Assembly: GCF_001194135.2 (NCBI RefSeq)
Contig: NC_068983.1
Span: forward strand, 145,644,778-145,708,777
Origin: Octopus bimaculoides
Taxonomy: Eukaryota
Direction: 5' to 3'
DNA: 64,000 bases
A program made the translations under genes and the position numbers. Position 1 is the first letter of the stretch. The number at the start of each line of letters is the position of its first letter. The notes under the pieces were generated by a model, which was not told where the DNA came from, searched no databases, and saw nothing but the letters and a program-made list of their open reading frames with translations. Of this stretch, positions 51,594 to 63,784 are shown one piece after another.

Positions 51594-51813
51594 CCCTTTA
51601 GCATTCAGACTACTCTGTCAAATGTAATACTTGTTATTTACTTTGTTTTGAATTAATCATGCATTAGCTCATATCTTCAGGATCTCAATGATGTGACTGT
51701 TTATTTTTTAAAAGGACATTGTAGGGTAGACATGAAAGGTTGGATCTGGCCAGTTTGAACATGAAACTGGTAGGACATTTGAGCCAGATATGGCCAGTTT
51801 AAATGCTAAAGGA
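51594..51813 (-). mobile_element. piggyBac-type MITE family 1 (220 bp) with a duplicated terminal 14-mer just outside
   Basis: TTAA at 51590-51593 and 51814-51817; cacttaacccttta at 51569 and 51587. Confidence 0.9.
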
Positions 51814-52594
51814 TTAAAGTGTGTGCATATGGGGCTTGACTAAAATGCACAGCATGTTACTTTTAAGATCAATATTTGTCATAAACTATTTGACTTATAT
51901 TTAGGACAAAAAGTGTACACAGGTGGGGGGTTTTGGTATGAGTAACTAAAGTCCATTAATGTGAAATGCTGAAAATGAGACTTCATCAGGAATAACCATT
52001 AATTGCGATAGTTTAGCCCTAGGTCAGTGTTGACCAAGTAGATTTATCAAATATGTTCTATCTGCAATCATCACATCTTTTTTGTCAGACTTTACATTCA
52101 TAGCCACATTATGCAGGTTGCTATCATTAATAGGTAGAGTTACCACATACAGGATTCCTTGTTGCTTTGCTAATTGTTACTGAGAATGATACCAAATGCT
52201 CTGTGTGTGTACATTATATAAAAGTGGTTATTGAGAAAGGGAAGGATAAAATATGAAGTTGATGAGGTTATGTAGGGGTGGCCAGGGCTATCCCATGTTA
52301 TATGAGGAATATGGGTGCAAGTAAAGGATAAGAGGACATAAAAGGGAATATGGAATTAATATTGGAATTCCTTCCTCCTGTGTCAGCCCCAAACCCTCAG
52401 ACTGGCAACTATCCATGTCAACACAATGAAATGCAGGCCCACTGAGATTGTAGAGATGCTTCAGTGGAAGTGTGCTGTGTGCAAAAGATAAGATAGAAGG
52501 GATCCTCAGCCAAACTCTTCATAGGAGCAAGAAACAGCAATTTAGATTCTTCACTAGGAGTGGTTGGGGTAGGCATACTATTAGCTGAGAAATG

Positions 52595-52748
52595 GATAAA
52601 GAGTATATATGTGTGGTTACATGGTTGAGATATTTGCTTTTCTACCATGTAGTTTCAAGTTCAATTTCAACCATATGGCACTTAGGACTAGTGTCTTCTG
52701 CTAAATCCTTGTGGGTGATTTGGTGGACAGAATCCAAAAGAAGACAAT
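52595..52748 (+). mobile_element. SINE head D, interrupted by an antisense RTE LINE
   Basis: Head ends gatttggtggacagaatccaaaagaagac, then (atc)n. Confidence 0.7.
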
Positions 52749-53545
52749 CATCATCTTCATTTAACATTGTCTTCCATGCTGGCATGAATTAGATGACTTG
52801 ACTGGGGCTAGTAAGCCTGAGAGCTACACCAGACTCCAGTCGTCTACTTCGGCTTGGTTTCTATGGTTGCATGCCCTTCCTAACGTCAGCCACCTGACAA
52901 AGTGTGCTGGATGCCTCTTTGTGCCACCAGTACAAGTGCCTTTTATGTGTCACCAACATGGGTGCTTTTACATGTCACTGGCATGGGTGCCTTTTACGTG
53001 TCACTGACATTGGTCATGACCACAATTTCACTTACCTTGACATTTCTTAATTACAGCAAATTGCTAGATATCTTGGTCACCTGTCATCACCTACGTGAAA
53101 TTCAACAATTGAAGATAATATTTCACCACCTCATCACATCTTCCTGGGTCTATCCTTTCCACAGGTTCTCTCCACAATTAGAGATCAGCATTTCTTTATG
53201 CAAATGTCCTCATCCATATGCATTATTCGACCAAACCAGTGCAGTCTTCTCTCTTGCACACTACATCTGATGCCTCTTATACCCAATTTTTCCCTGTCAT
53301 ACATTCACACTGGCATTTTACATCCAGTGAAGCATGCTGGTTTCATTTCTTTCAAGCTTTTGCATGTCCTCTACAGTCACAGCCCATGTTTTACTGCCAT
53401 GTAGCATGACACTTCGTACACAAGCATCATACAATTTGCCTTTCACTATGAAGGGGAGGCCCTTTGTTACGACCAAAGATAGAAGCTCACCGAACTTTGC
53501 CCAGCTCACTCTTATTCTAGCAGCTACGTTTTCAGAGTATCATTA
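52748..53545 (-). mobile_element. 5'-truncated RTE LINE: ORF C-terminus, four 25-26-bp units, 3' tail
   Basis: Minus ORF WAKFGELLSLVVTKGLPFIVKGKLYDACVRSVMLHGSKTWAVTVEDMQKLERNE is contiguous with the tail, showing that this tail belongs to the RTE LINE. Confidence 0.9.
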
Positions 53546-53639
53546 GTTACAATACTCTTCATATTGTTTTAACCTTGAAATGATGTAATCTCACTAGCAT
53601 ATATATGTATATTTGTACTTATATACACACATGTATATG

Positions 53640-53795
53640 TAGGTGTGGCTGTGTGGTTAGATGTTTGCTTCCCAATCACATGGATCTGAGTTCAGTCTCA
53701 CTGTGTGGCACCTTGGGCAAGTGTCTTCAACTATAGCCTCATGCTGACCAAAGAATTGTGAGTGGCTTTGGTAGATGAAAACTAAAAGAAGACTG

Positions 53796-53827
<32 letters not shown>

Positions 53828-54030
53828 CTTCTTGCCTTGACATCATGTGATAGTTGGAAAATGATTGTCAGTCATGTCTGGCCATGTGGAAATATTACCT
53901 TGTTTGGAAATATATGATTGTTGACAACATGAAGGGTATCTGGCCATAGAAAATCTGTCTCAATAAACTCTATCCCACCCATGCAAGCAAGGAAAAGTGG
54001 ACATTAAAATGATGATGATGATGATGATGT
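53640..54030 (+). mobile_element. SINE: head D + (TG)n + RTE-type tail Y
   Basis: Intact head, then cttgacatcatgtgatag...aaatattacc...catgcaagcaaggaaaagtggacattaaaat(gat)n. Confidence 0.85.
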
Positions 54031-54712
54031 GTGTGTGTATGTGCGCGCGCACGCTCATATTTAAATAAATATACTAATACATATAAATGTAAGCTGACTT
54101 TTTAATGAGTTTCAAATGCTGCATAAGTAGATGGTGCAGATTACCTGTTGCATAATAAATTTGATTTTTTCCCTCTACCCCGCCCTTACTCTATTATTCT
54201 CTCTTAAGCTTTTGCAACAACCATTTTCACTACAAACTGGGTCAGCTAACAGCTGTCAGCTGCCACTTCTTGTGATCCTTTAAGAAAATTGAAAGATTTC
54301 ATTTTTTCCCTTATTCTTATTGTTAACTACTCCTGCTGTCTATTACCTGTGTCAGTCTGACTTTTATGTGTGGTTTATATTGGATACACAATATGGAATT
54401 CCTACCTACTCCTTGGTGAAGTTCTGTAGTTTTCTCTGCTGACAAAAAATTTTGTTTGCTAGGTTTTAAGTCTCTTGAATTCAGCTCTGCTTCCTTGTTA
54501 GGACCTTTTCTTCTAATTCTGTTGATTCACCAGGGATAGCTATTTAAAATCCTAGCTCTGGTGTACATTTACTTCTGTAAAGTTTTCATTAAACTTATTA
54601 GTAATTCTCACTAGGATATTAAATGATGGTGATGATGATGATGTCCGCTTCTCCTTTTCTCTCTCCACCTGACTATTCATCCCTTCCCTTCCTCTGTCTG
54701 CTTGCCTCTCTC

Positions 54713-54747
<35 letters not shown>

Positions 54748-54754
54748 TGCTATA

Positions 54755-55385
54755 TGGAACCTTGGACAATATTGCCTTCTACAATATTGTCTCAGGCCTT
54801 CAAAAGCCTTGTGAGTGGATTTGGTAGATAGAAACTGAAAGAAGCCTTTGTATGTATATGTACACACACACACACTGTCTTTTTATCTACTTGTGTGTGT
54901 ACCTGTGCATGTGTGTTAGCATCACATGATCATTGTAAACAAGTGTCTATCTTGCGAGTGGTGTTATTCATTTCTAATTTTTCATGAAAGCATGTCCAGC
55001 TATAGGAATATAGTATCTTGCTTGGAAATAAGTGAGAGCTAACAGTCAGGAAAGGTAGCCAGCTGTAGAAAATCTGCCTTAACAAATTCTCTCTGACCTG
55101 TGCAAGAATGAAAACGTGGGCCTAAAACAATGGTGGTGCTGCTGCTGTCACCACCGCCACTGCCTTCTTTTGACATTATATGATAGTTTTAAAGAGTGCC
55201 ATTGTCATGCAAGCAGTCTCATTTGTTTTCAGTCTTCCATGAAAATATATCTGGCCATGGGGAAATATTACTTTCTTGGAGAAAAAGGTGAGGGTTTGCA
55301 TGACAGGTAGGGCATCTGGTCATAGAAAATCTTGCTCAACAAATTCCATTTAGCCTATGTGAGCATGGAAAAGTGGATGCAAAAA
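54755..55385 (+). mobile_element. Partial head D + tail Y (to about 55112) and a second tail Y (about 55190-55385)
   Basis: aaagccttgtgagtggatttggtagatagaaactgaaagaagcc; catgtccagc/tctggccatggggaaatattac motifs. Confidence 0.7.
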
Positions 55386-56183
55386 CAGTGATTAGGAGAG
55401 AAAAAGAGGTAGAGTGAGTATGCTAACCAATATTGGAAGATAATTAAAAATAACAATAACTACCTCTACTGTTCCTCTTCTCTTTATGAATATTGGAGAG
55501 CTAAAAAATAAAAGACTCCCTGTGTGATTTGGTGAGGATAAGATGTTAATAAAGCAAGCCAACTTCTTTGAACAAAGAACGCAGTCCTTGCAACAAGTAG
55601 ATTTAGTTAGTCGATCATTTGCTTTTTCATAAATTAATTAAGAGACAATTGTCATGACATTTGACAATATTGATGTTCAGTTTGAAGAAAGCTAGGCCAT
55701 GGAAGGATTTCCTGAGATTTGTTATTCTGGTTAGGAAAAAACACTGGAAAAGGTGTTTTGTGCAGAGTCTAGAGCAGGGAGGATGTAAAGTGTCTAACAA
55801 CAGACAATGCAGAAAAGAGAAACAGCACATTTTTGAGCTAGAGTTTAAAATGTGTTGGTAATTGAATCTTGCCAATTAATCAAATTGCCCTTTAGAATGC
55901 TATCTAGGATGTGTCTATGTGCAACAACTGCACCACCCCCAACAATATGTGCAGTTCTCCTGAGTGGGTCTTAATAGAGATAATATAGAAAGTCAGCAAG
56001 ATTGAAATAGTCTGTGATCCTAAAGAGAACTTTCTGGCTCTAAAATTCTAAAAGATTAAATTCTCAAATCTATTTTTTCAATGTATTCTTTTCAAGTATC
56101 GTTATTTACAAAATTTAAATAATTAATGAAAAAGAAATTAATTGCACTAATGATTTGTGTATTTTCTTTTCTTTGTTATGTAG

Positions 56184-56648
56184 GAGAAAAATCCATTTTT
56201 AGAACACTTGCAACAGTTTGACCAAGTCCTGTCATGTGATGACGTGAAAGAAGCTTTACAACAAACACGAGTGCCATCTTTAGGCCTGGATGGTAGTGGC
56301 GCTATGTCTGCTGTTGTCTATGCTATAGATGACGGCCGTAGCAATGTGGACACCAACTTGATTTTGTTCTCCCAGCACCAAAGTAACATTGGCATTGCTG
56401 ATGGTGATCTTGGTTATGGAGAGGAGGCAGGGAACAAACCAAACATTGACAGCCCTGCAGCAGCTGTGGGGAGTGTTAGCAACAACAGCAACAGCAACAA
56501 TAACAATGATGACAGCCACAGTGCTACCAACAAGGTGGAACTATTTGCAGATGACCAGAGCATGAACCTTCAACACCTTGATGCACTCTCTGGCCATACT
56601 TCACCAGAAATTAACCAAATCTATGATCCTTGTATCAGTAGTAGCAGG
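56184..56648 (+). CDS. Coding exon (155 codons, EKNPFLEHLQQ...DPCISSSR), Ser/Asn/Asp-rich low complexity
   Basis: Acceptor ttttcttttctttgttatgtag ends at 56183; donor AGG|GTAAGC at 56649; 465-nt stop-free frame, phase 0/0; GC higher than flanks. Confidence 0.9.
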
Positions 56649-57159
56649 GTAAGCCACTTAGCATTACTGTCATAATTTAGTGCTGTTCTTTTCATTGATG
56701 TCACAGAAGTGCATATTGTGTTTTAACTCCTTTAAGTTTCATTGTTTAGTTATTGTTGCATTTTTTTTGTTTGTTTTCTATTCCTATTTTTTAGAAAATT
56801 AATCAATCAATTTGATCATCACCTTTATCACCATTTCTCTATGTTAGTATAGATGAGATTAATTTGTAAGCTTAAGCATTGAATCAAGTATGTTATACAG
56901 TTTGAGATTGGCATTCACGTTTGCTAAATTTCCTATCATTGAAATACAAAGAAAACTGAGGTCCAATACAAAGAAAACTGAGTTGAACAGTATGTTGTAC
57001 ACTGCCAAGAAATACAGTGCAATGGCTACTGTGTGATTTGAACTCCAGATGTAAATTTTACTGTCACTTATATTTTTTCTTTGCCTTTCAACATCTTTTC
57101 AAATATTTTACTTCCACCTTTCCATTACTGATTCACCAAATGTGAGGAATTGTATAGGT

Positions 57160-57520
57160 ACAGGCATGGCTGTGTGGTTGAGGCATATAGATCTGCATTC
57201 AGTTCCACCATGAGGTACTTCAGGCATCTACTATAATCCAGGGCTGACCAAAACCTTGTGAATGGATTTGATAGATGGAAATTGAAAAGACCTACTGTGT
57301 GTGTGTGTGTGCATATATACATTGTGTGTGCATGTGCATGCGCATATATACATTGTGTGTGTGTGTGCATGCACGCTCACACATATGCATGTGTATATAC
57401 ACCTGTCTTGACATCAGGTGAGGGTTGGTGACAGGAAGGACACCCAACTGTAGAAAACCTGCCTCAACAAACTCCATCTTACCCAGGCAAGCATGGAAAA
57501 GTGTACATTAAATAATGAGG
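57160..57520 (+). mobile_element. SINE: head D + TG-rich linker + shortened tail Y
   Basis: Head and aggaaggacaccc...agcatggaaaagtg tail. Confidence 0.75.
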
Positions 57521-57865
57521 ATGTATGTCAGGTAGTTGCTGTTGATAGTGAGGCTCATGTTACTTGAAATGACTGACCCAGGGATTGAAGGATTAACATT
57601 CTTGGAACTCACTAACATTTACACTCATCAGTAAATGATCTGTTAACACCTCGTCTATCTTCTTTTGCAATGACACTCACTTCTTCCGGTTGCCCCAGAC
57701 TCTCCCACTTTTTCTCTCTCTGCTCTTCCACTTTTCTAAATGTACACCTCTCTATCCATCGCATATACATATCTAATCTTATATGTTATGTATTATTTTC
57801 AGTAAGTACATTAGTAGTGTGCAAAGTTCCAAATTAAACCAGTGATATATAAAATTGTTCTCTCC

Positions 57866-58232
57866 TAACCCAGTGGTTAGGGCAGCAGACTTGCGGTCAT
57901 AAGATCGCGGTTTTGATTCCCAGACCGGGTGTTGCGAGTGTTTATTGAGCGAAAACACCTAAAGTTCCACGAGGCTCCGGCAGGGGATGGTGGCGAACCC
58001 TGCTGTACTCTTTCACCACAACTTTCTCTCACTCTTTCTTCCTGTTTCTCTTGTACCTGTATTTCAAAGGGCCAGCCTTGTCACACTCTGTGTCACGCTG
58101 AATCTCCCCGAGAACTACATTAAGGGTACACGTGTCTGTGGAGTGCTCAGCCACTTGCACGTTAATTTCACGAGCAGGCTGTTCCGCTGATCGGATCAAC
58201 TGGAACCCTCGTCGTCGTAACTGACGGAGTAC
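57866..58232 (+). mobile_element. tRNA-derived SINE family C
   Basis: A-box-like cagtggttagggc, B-box-like ggttttgattccc; aligns over its full length with 62948-63344. Confidence 0.9.
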
Positions 58233-59054
58233 CTTGAATCTGGGTCTTTGTAGGATTACCAAAAGGTCTATGTTATGTTTCAAAGTATAATATCAAAGAA
58301 AAGCTGCTAAAGCTTTGATTATAATGTTTCTCTTTATACAGTCCAGACAGTGACAGTAATTGTGTGTCTCAATGTTCAAACCATTTACTTTAAGAGATAC
58401 TGACATTGATGTTTCTTAATACATGGCAAAACAGATTGAGTTAATGTGGAGAGTTTGTTAGAGAGGACTGCTCCACACTATTTTCATGAATGCTTACTAC
58501 TGCTATTCTAGGTCCTTTCTCTTATGGCAATGGCATTATGTCTGGCAGTATTTGGTTTTAAAGAAGCTAAGCTATGCACTTCTCATTTGGATAGATTAAA
58601 ATTCAATCTTTATTTTAATGTAATCAAGTCCATGATATCACACTCCCATTCAACCGTAAAAATATATTATCTGGATTGTTAGAGAATATAATGGATTTAT
58701 TTAGATAGTCTGGGGGGAAAAAAAAAAAAAAAACCCCACCTGTAAAAGAACAACAAAAAGCCTGAAATGAAAGCAAAATGTAGTTATTTAAACTATAGGA
58801 TATATGAGGTGACTCATTATATTAATAATATATTGCTTTCAATTTTAATGACACGTGTGAATATTTGAATTTGATTACTTAAAATAGAGGCCTTATTGTA
58901 TGGTGAACATTTAAATTACATTTTGTTGGTAACCCAAGATGCCAATAATAAGCATATTGTAAGCAACCATAGTTACCAATAGCATGCTAATATTGGTTTA
59001 CTTTCCTATTCAATCTCATTTAGATTTACTAACAATTAATCTTTCTCTTTGTAG

Positions 59055-59383
59055 GATGATTTCAGGGGTCTGGCTTCTGTTGCTGTTACTGATCATGCAT
59101 ATGCTATCCCAGCTAATCGAGAACCAAGGGATCCATCATATCCTTTAATGAGCAGTAAAAGTGTTCAAACTCCATTTGAACAGTCTGACTACGAGCAGTT
59201 ATGTCTCACCAGTCAGGAGGAGGAAGATACTTCCACGAACCTCTCTGATGTTGCTGCTGTTCACTCAAGTCCTGTGAAAGAGAATGATATTGATGATGAT
59301 GATACAAATAACAAACCAAAGAGACTTCAACCTCAGCAGCAACAGAAAAAGAGCAGTCCTGTTGTTACTCCAACAAACATTCG
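59055..59383 (+). CDS. Coding exon (DDFRGLASVAVTDHAYAIP...VVTPTNIR), acidic/Gln-rich, contains DHAY
   Basis: Acceptor ctttctctttgtag ends at 59054; donor CG|GTAAAT at 59384; 329 nt, phase 0 in and phase 2 out, matching the next exon. Confidence 0.9.
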
Positions 59384-61548
59384 GTAAATTTCCATATGTT
59401 GAACTTTCGGCTTGTAATGTCCTCTTTATTTTTCCATTTGAACCTGATATACTTGCAAACTTGGACATTTGTGGCAGTCTTTCCAAAAATAGTTTTAAAA
59501 CATTTTGATACCTTTCCTTTTGCTCATCACTCAACTGTGAAATTGCACTAGAATTTATTTGATATTGTATAGTTAGGCTAACTTCAGTAGATTATGTGCC
59601 TTTATAAGAGCATAACACAACAGATGCCATATAATTGAACTTATAACCACGTATGATTAGTATTATTGTTTATCTTCATTAAACCATTTCCTGGATGCCC
59701 AATAAATAAATGAAAACTTCAGATATGATGAGGTGGAATCATTATCATATTGTTTTGTAGCTAGGATTATTGTGTGTACTGTTCTAAATCAAAATCTGTG
59801 GGACTGTAGGCAGATACTGTTGTCTTGGCACCCAAAGTGTAAAAGGTAATAATCTAAGTAGAGCAAGATTGTTGCCTGAAAAAAAAAAAAAAAAAAGTGT
59901 TATAACTTGTACATTTAATTCCCTGTAATATCTGCCATTATATCTGTTGAGGGAATATAAGTCTTTCAAGAAGTCAAGTGTGTGGGCTTTGATGTAGTCA
60001 AGAAATTTACTTTGCAATCATATCTTGCCAAGTTTGGTCCCATTAAATAGCAACTAAAGTGTCTTCTACTGTAGTCTTGGGCTGATCTGATCCTTGTGAA
60101 TGAAATAGGGTAGGTGGAAACTGTGTGGAAGCCTGTCTGATAGAGTGTACTTATTCTTGAATTGTAGACTTAATCTATCACCCAGTTCAACTCCACACTT
60201 TGGTTCTTGGGTGTCTCTATTGGAATCCAGTCGGTTGCAAGCGTTCACACTAGATGTCTAGTCTAAGAATAGATCAATAGCTTGATGCCTAGCTTTTGAC
60301 TGCAGATATCCTTAGGTCATTGTTTCTTCCATCTTTTATATCACAATTCTCAGAAATCCTGTACATTTCCTCCTCCGACTATGCCGCATAAAAGCAAAAT
60401 AGATTGGGACCACTTCACTTATATCCTTATATCTTGGTGGGAAAGTAACTCTGAATATCATAACTTGTCTGTCCTCAGCTTGATTATAATTTCACTTAAT
60501 ATATACCTCTAAATTGAAATAATAGCCATGAACAACAAAGCTGTGCCTCGCTTTTATTTTCTTTGAAAAATCTCTAGATTTATGTTTATGTAAGAAACCT
60601 AGGGATGTAAACTTGGCAGCTGAAATTTTTAAAAATGGAAAAACTGAAAGATATCAAATTTGAATTCTAAGTTTTCGTTTAATTTGGAACAAGTTTGATT
60701 AAAAGAAGTTTTTCAGTTTTATGTTTTAGTCCCTGTCATCTCATGGATTTAGTTTTTTTTAGTTGTGTAAAGTGTCATAGGGGATGGTAGGATACCAATG
60801 GATACTGTGCTTTTTTTTTCTGTTATCTAATGCAGGGTTTCTCATGAAAAAATTCTGGTATTCTGCGAGATAACAAGATTTTTAATAAAATTTAATAAAT
60901 ATAAATTGTACAAAAAAAAAGTTTTTCACTATTTTCAAAATAATAAATCGTAACTTGTGTTGTGTCTGGGGAGAGTCAAGACTATTGATAAGGTTGCAAG
61001 ACGCAACGAAAATTTTAGGAGAATAAAAAGAAAAATAAGTGGAAATTTTACCGGTGAGTGTTAAATTTTAAGGCACAATAAGAAAATGACTCTCACCAGA
61101 CACAACAGAATATGCTTCAACACACGAAATCACATAAAAAAACCTTGCAAACCAAATCCAAAAACGAAAAAAATCGTAACTTGATTTTTATACAAATAAA
61201 TTCTCTCTCTAAAATAATTTTTGCTTCCTTTAATGTGTTAGTTATTAAAACAAGGGTGGCAAAGGTTTGATTTCCAATATAGGTATGTGTTCCATGGTTT
61301 TTGGAGAATTGTATAAGGGTTTTGTGTTTTTTTTTTTTATATTTCTTTTTTTATATAAGGGTTCTGCAAAAGGTTCGTGAATTCAGCTCCACCTTGAGTA
61401 CATGTACATGAATAAGTTGACAATTAACAGACCACAACATTTGTTATGTAACCCAATGATGAAATGAAGTTAAACTTTATTTTGTCCCATTGGTGTTAAT
61501 GTTTGTTATATCATATGTATTTATATTTATTATTACTTCACTTTTCAG

Positions 61549-62092
61549 GCGTTCAACTAGAATAAGTGAAGCTGAACAGAGAGAGATGGCTGAGAAAATC
61601 CGTCAGGAGAATCGTCAAAAAGAAAAAGAAGCCCAGGAAGCCATGAAGAAGCAATCAGAGGAAGTTTCACAGGTAGAACAGCAACAGTCGGAAGTTGCTG
61701 AAGTTTTGGGAGATGCAGAAGCTAGCAGTGTTGTTGTTACAAAGCCAGATGCTGTAATGAGCTTAGTGCAGCCTCTCATTACCTCTACTCCAGTTAAGAG
61801 TGACCAGCTAAATACTACTCTAGATACAACAACAACAACAACAACATCAACGTCAAATACAACATCACAACCAACTGCTGCTACTGATATAACTACTAGC
61901 ACCACCTCTATTATTACTACTACAACTACTATTGCAACTATAACTGACCCTACTGCTGCTACTAGAGGGCGAAGCAGAACTCCAAGAAATAAAGCCAAAA
62001 TCTTAAATAAGGACACACCAGTTGGTGTTGGTCGAGTGACTGTTGCTAAGGGGGGTTCTGCTAAAGGAAAAACGACAGCAGTTGCTGGAAGA
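61549..62092 (+). CDS. Coding exon (R-RSTRISEAEQREMAEKIRQE...KTTAVAGR): charged coiled-coil-like stretch, Thr-rich tract, basic end; gene continues beyond the window
   Basis: Acceptor cacttttcag ends at 61548; first base completes the split CG|G Arg codon; consensus donor AGA|GTAAGT at 62093; 544 nt open. Confidence 0.9.
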
Positions 62093-62947
62093 GTAAGTGT
62101 TCCAGAACCCTTCTTACCACTACTATAGTTTTTTTATTTAAATTTCCACTTTCTACATATACTTGGGTGTCCTTTTTTTAAAATAAACTTGGCCTTTTGT
62201 TTTTTCTCCTTTACGTTTGCATGTAATAATTTCCTTTGTATGATTTAAGTAATAGTTATAGCTAGATAAAGGGCATGAGGCTTCCCACTGATAATAGAAG
62301 TTTTTCCCCTCGTTATTAGATTCCATTCTGTTCCAGACAAACTCACTCTAAATTCTCAATGACACAATCTACTTCTTTGAGAATAGTTTCTATATTTCTT
62401 TTGAATTACCACTTGAAAGAAAATATTTAGTTTTCTTTCACAATCTGTATGTACTATAGGGTCATCATTCTGAGATGGTTCAAGACTTCTTAGGGCTTGT
62501 GCTTTATTGCTATATATACCTTAGGTCTTCATTTTAAAATAGATACACTAAACTGATCAGTGTTTTTTTCTTTGTCCAATAAGTAAAAGAAATTGTATGA
62601 TAGTTTTATTAGTTTCATTACTTGAGCCAACTCAGCATTTATGCCTACCTTTTGTTCTTACTTTTGACCAGTCAGTTGTATCATAACATTTATAATTACT
62701 GTTCTTTCTCCTATTCAGAATTTTTCCTAAGTTAAATTAACTCAGACCATGATAATGATACGTCCAATCTGTTTACACCCTACTGTTCTGTATTAATCTG
62801 TTGGTAGTTTATTCATATTCATCCCGTTGGTTGCTTTACTTTCTATCTTACTCTTGTTCTTAACCATAAAACTGTGCTCAGTTTTCTTTTTTTAGCTGGA
62901 ACATCATGATAGATTATTTAGATAAAATAATGTATACAGTGCTCAGG

Positions 62948-63344
62948 AGTGGAGGTGCAATGGCCCAATGGTTAGGGCAGCGGACTCGTGGTCATAGGAT
63001 CACGGTTTCGATTCCCAGACAGGGCGTTGTGAGTGTTTATTGAGTGAAAACACCTAAAGCTCCACGAGGCTCCGGCAGGGGATGGTGGCGAACCCTGCTG
63101 TACTCTTTCACAACTTTCTCTCACTCTTACTTCCTGTTTCTGTTGTGCCTGTAATTCAAAGGGTCAGCCTTGTCACACTCTGTGTCATGCTGAATATCCC
63201 CGAGAACTACGTTAAGGGTACACGTGTCTGTGGAGTGACCAGTCACTTGCACATTAATTTCACGAGCTGGCTGTTCCGTTGATCGGATCGACTGGAACCT
63301 TCGTCGTCGTCGTAAGCGACGGAGTGCTAACAACAACAAAAACA
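62948..63344 (+). mobile_element. Full-length tRNA-derived SINE family C with TSD
   Basis: A box tggcccaatgg, B-box-like ggtttcgattccc, (AAC)n tail; 12-bp TSD acagt(g/a)ctcagg at 62936-62947 and 63345-63356. Confidence 0.92.
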
Positions 63345-63784
63345 ACAGTACTCAGGTGCACTACAACTCACCAGAAAGCTAGCCAAAGTGCATAAACAGG
63401 ACAAAGAATGACGCATGGAAAATAGTTAATATTTCTCTGTAAATCAGTTTATTGTCATCAATGTTTGATTGTGTTTGCAATGTATTATTATTTGATACAA
63501 ATCAATAGTTGCTGTCAAAGCTATGATTATCTCTGACAACAACAGAAGATGCAGTGTCATAGAACATCCTGTTCACATTGCTTTGAACTTTTTTAAAATT
63601 TCAACTGCATCCTTATTTCTTGATATTAGTTTTAGGGACAATTAGAAATGATCTTAGGAAAAAGAACATTTCATAGAAATCTCTATATTTTAACCTGTTT
63701 AAACAAATTAACTGATACTTAATATATGTTAGTATCTAGGATGTGAGGGAAAAAAAAAAGCCTTTCACTTGTAAAATGTTTTAT

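Noticed and set aside
57968-58010. HDV-like ribozyme in SINE C (gcaggg...GGCGAA-ccctgc)
   Set aside because: Only 6 nt lie between the putative P2 strand and GGCGAA, leaving no room for P3, P1 and P4; it is a simple hairpin.
58342-58400. Extra exon after a good-looking acceptor at 58341
   Set aside because: Stop in phase 0 and no frame-preserving donor; the flanking exons already join in phase.
61615-62016. 133-aa antisense hydrophobic ORF
   Set aside because: Shadow of the Thr-rich sense exon (ACA/ACT read as TGT/AGT/GTT on the other strand).
62951-63025. Functional tRNA gene
   Set aside because: A/B boxes are followed by a 300-bp SINE body, (AAC)n tail and TSD, and no complete cloverleaf; other tRNA-like heads (10941, 11057, 57866) are similar.
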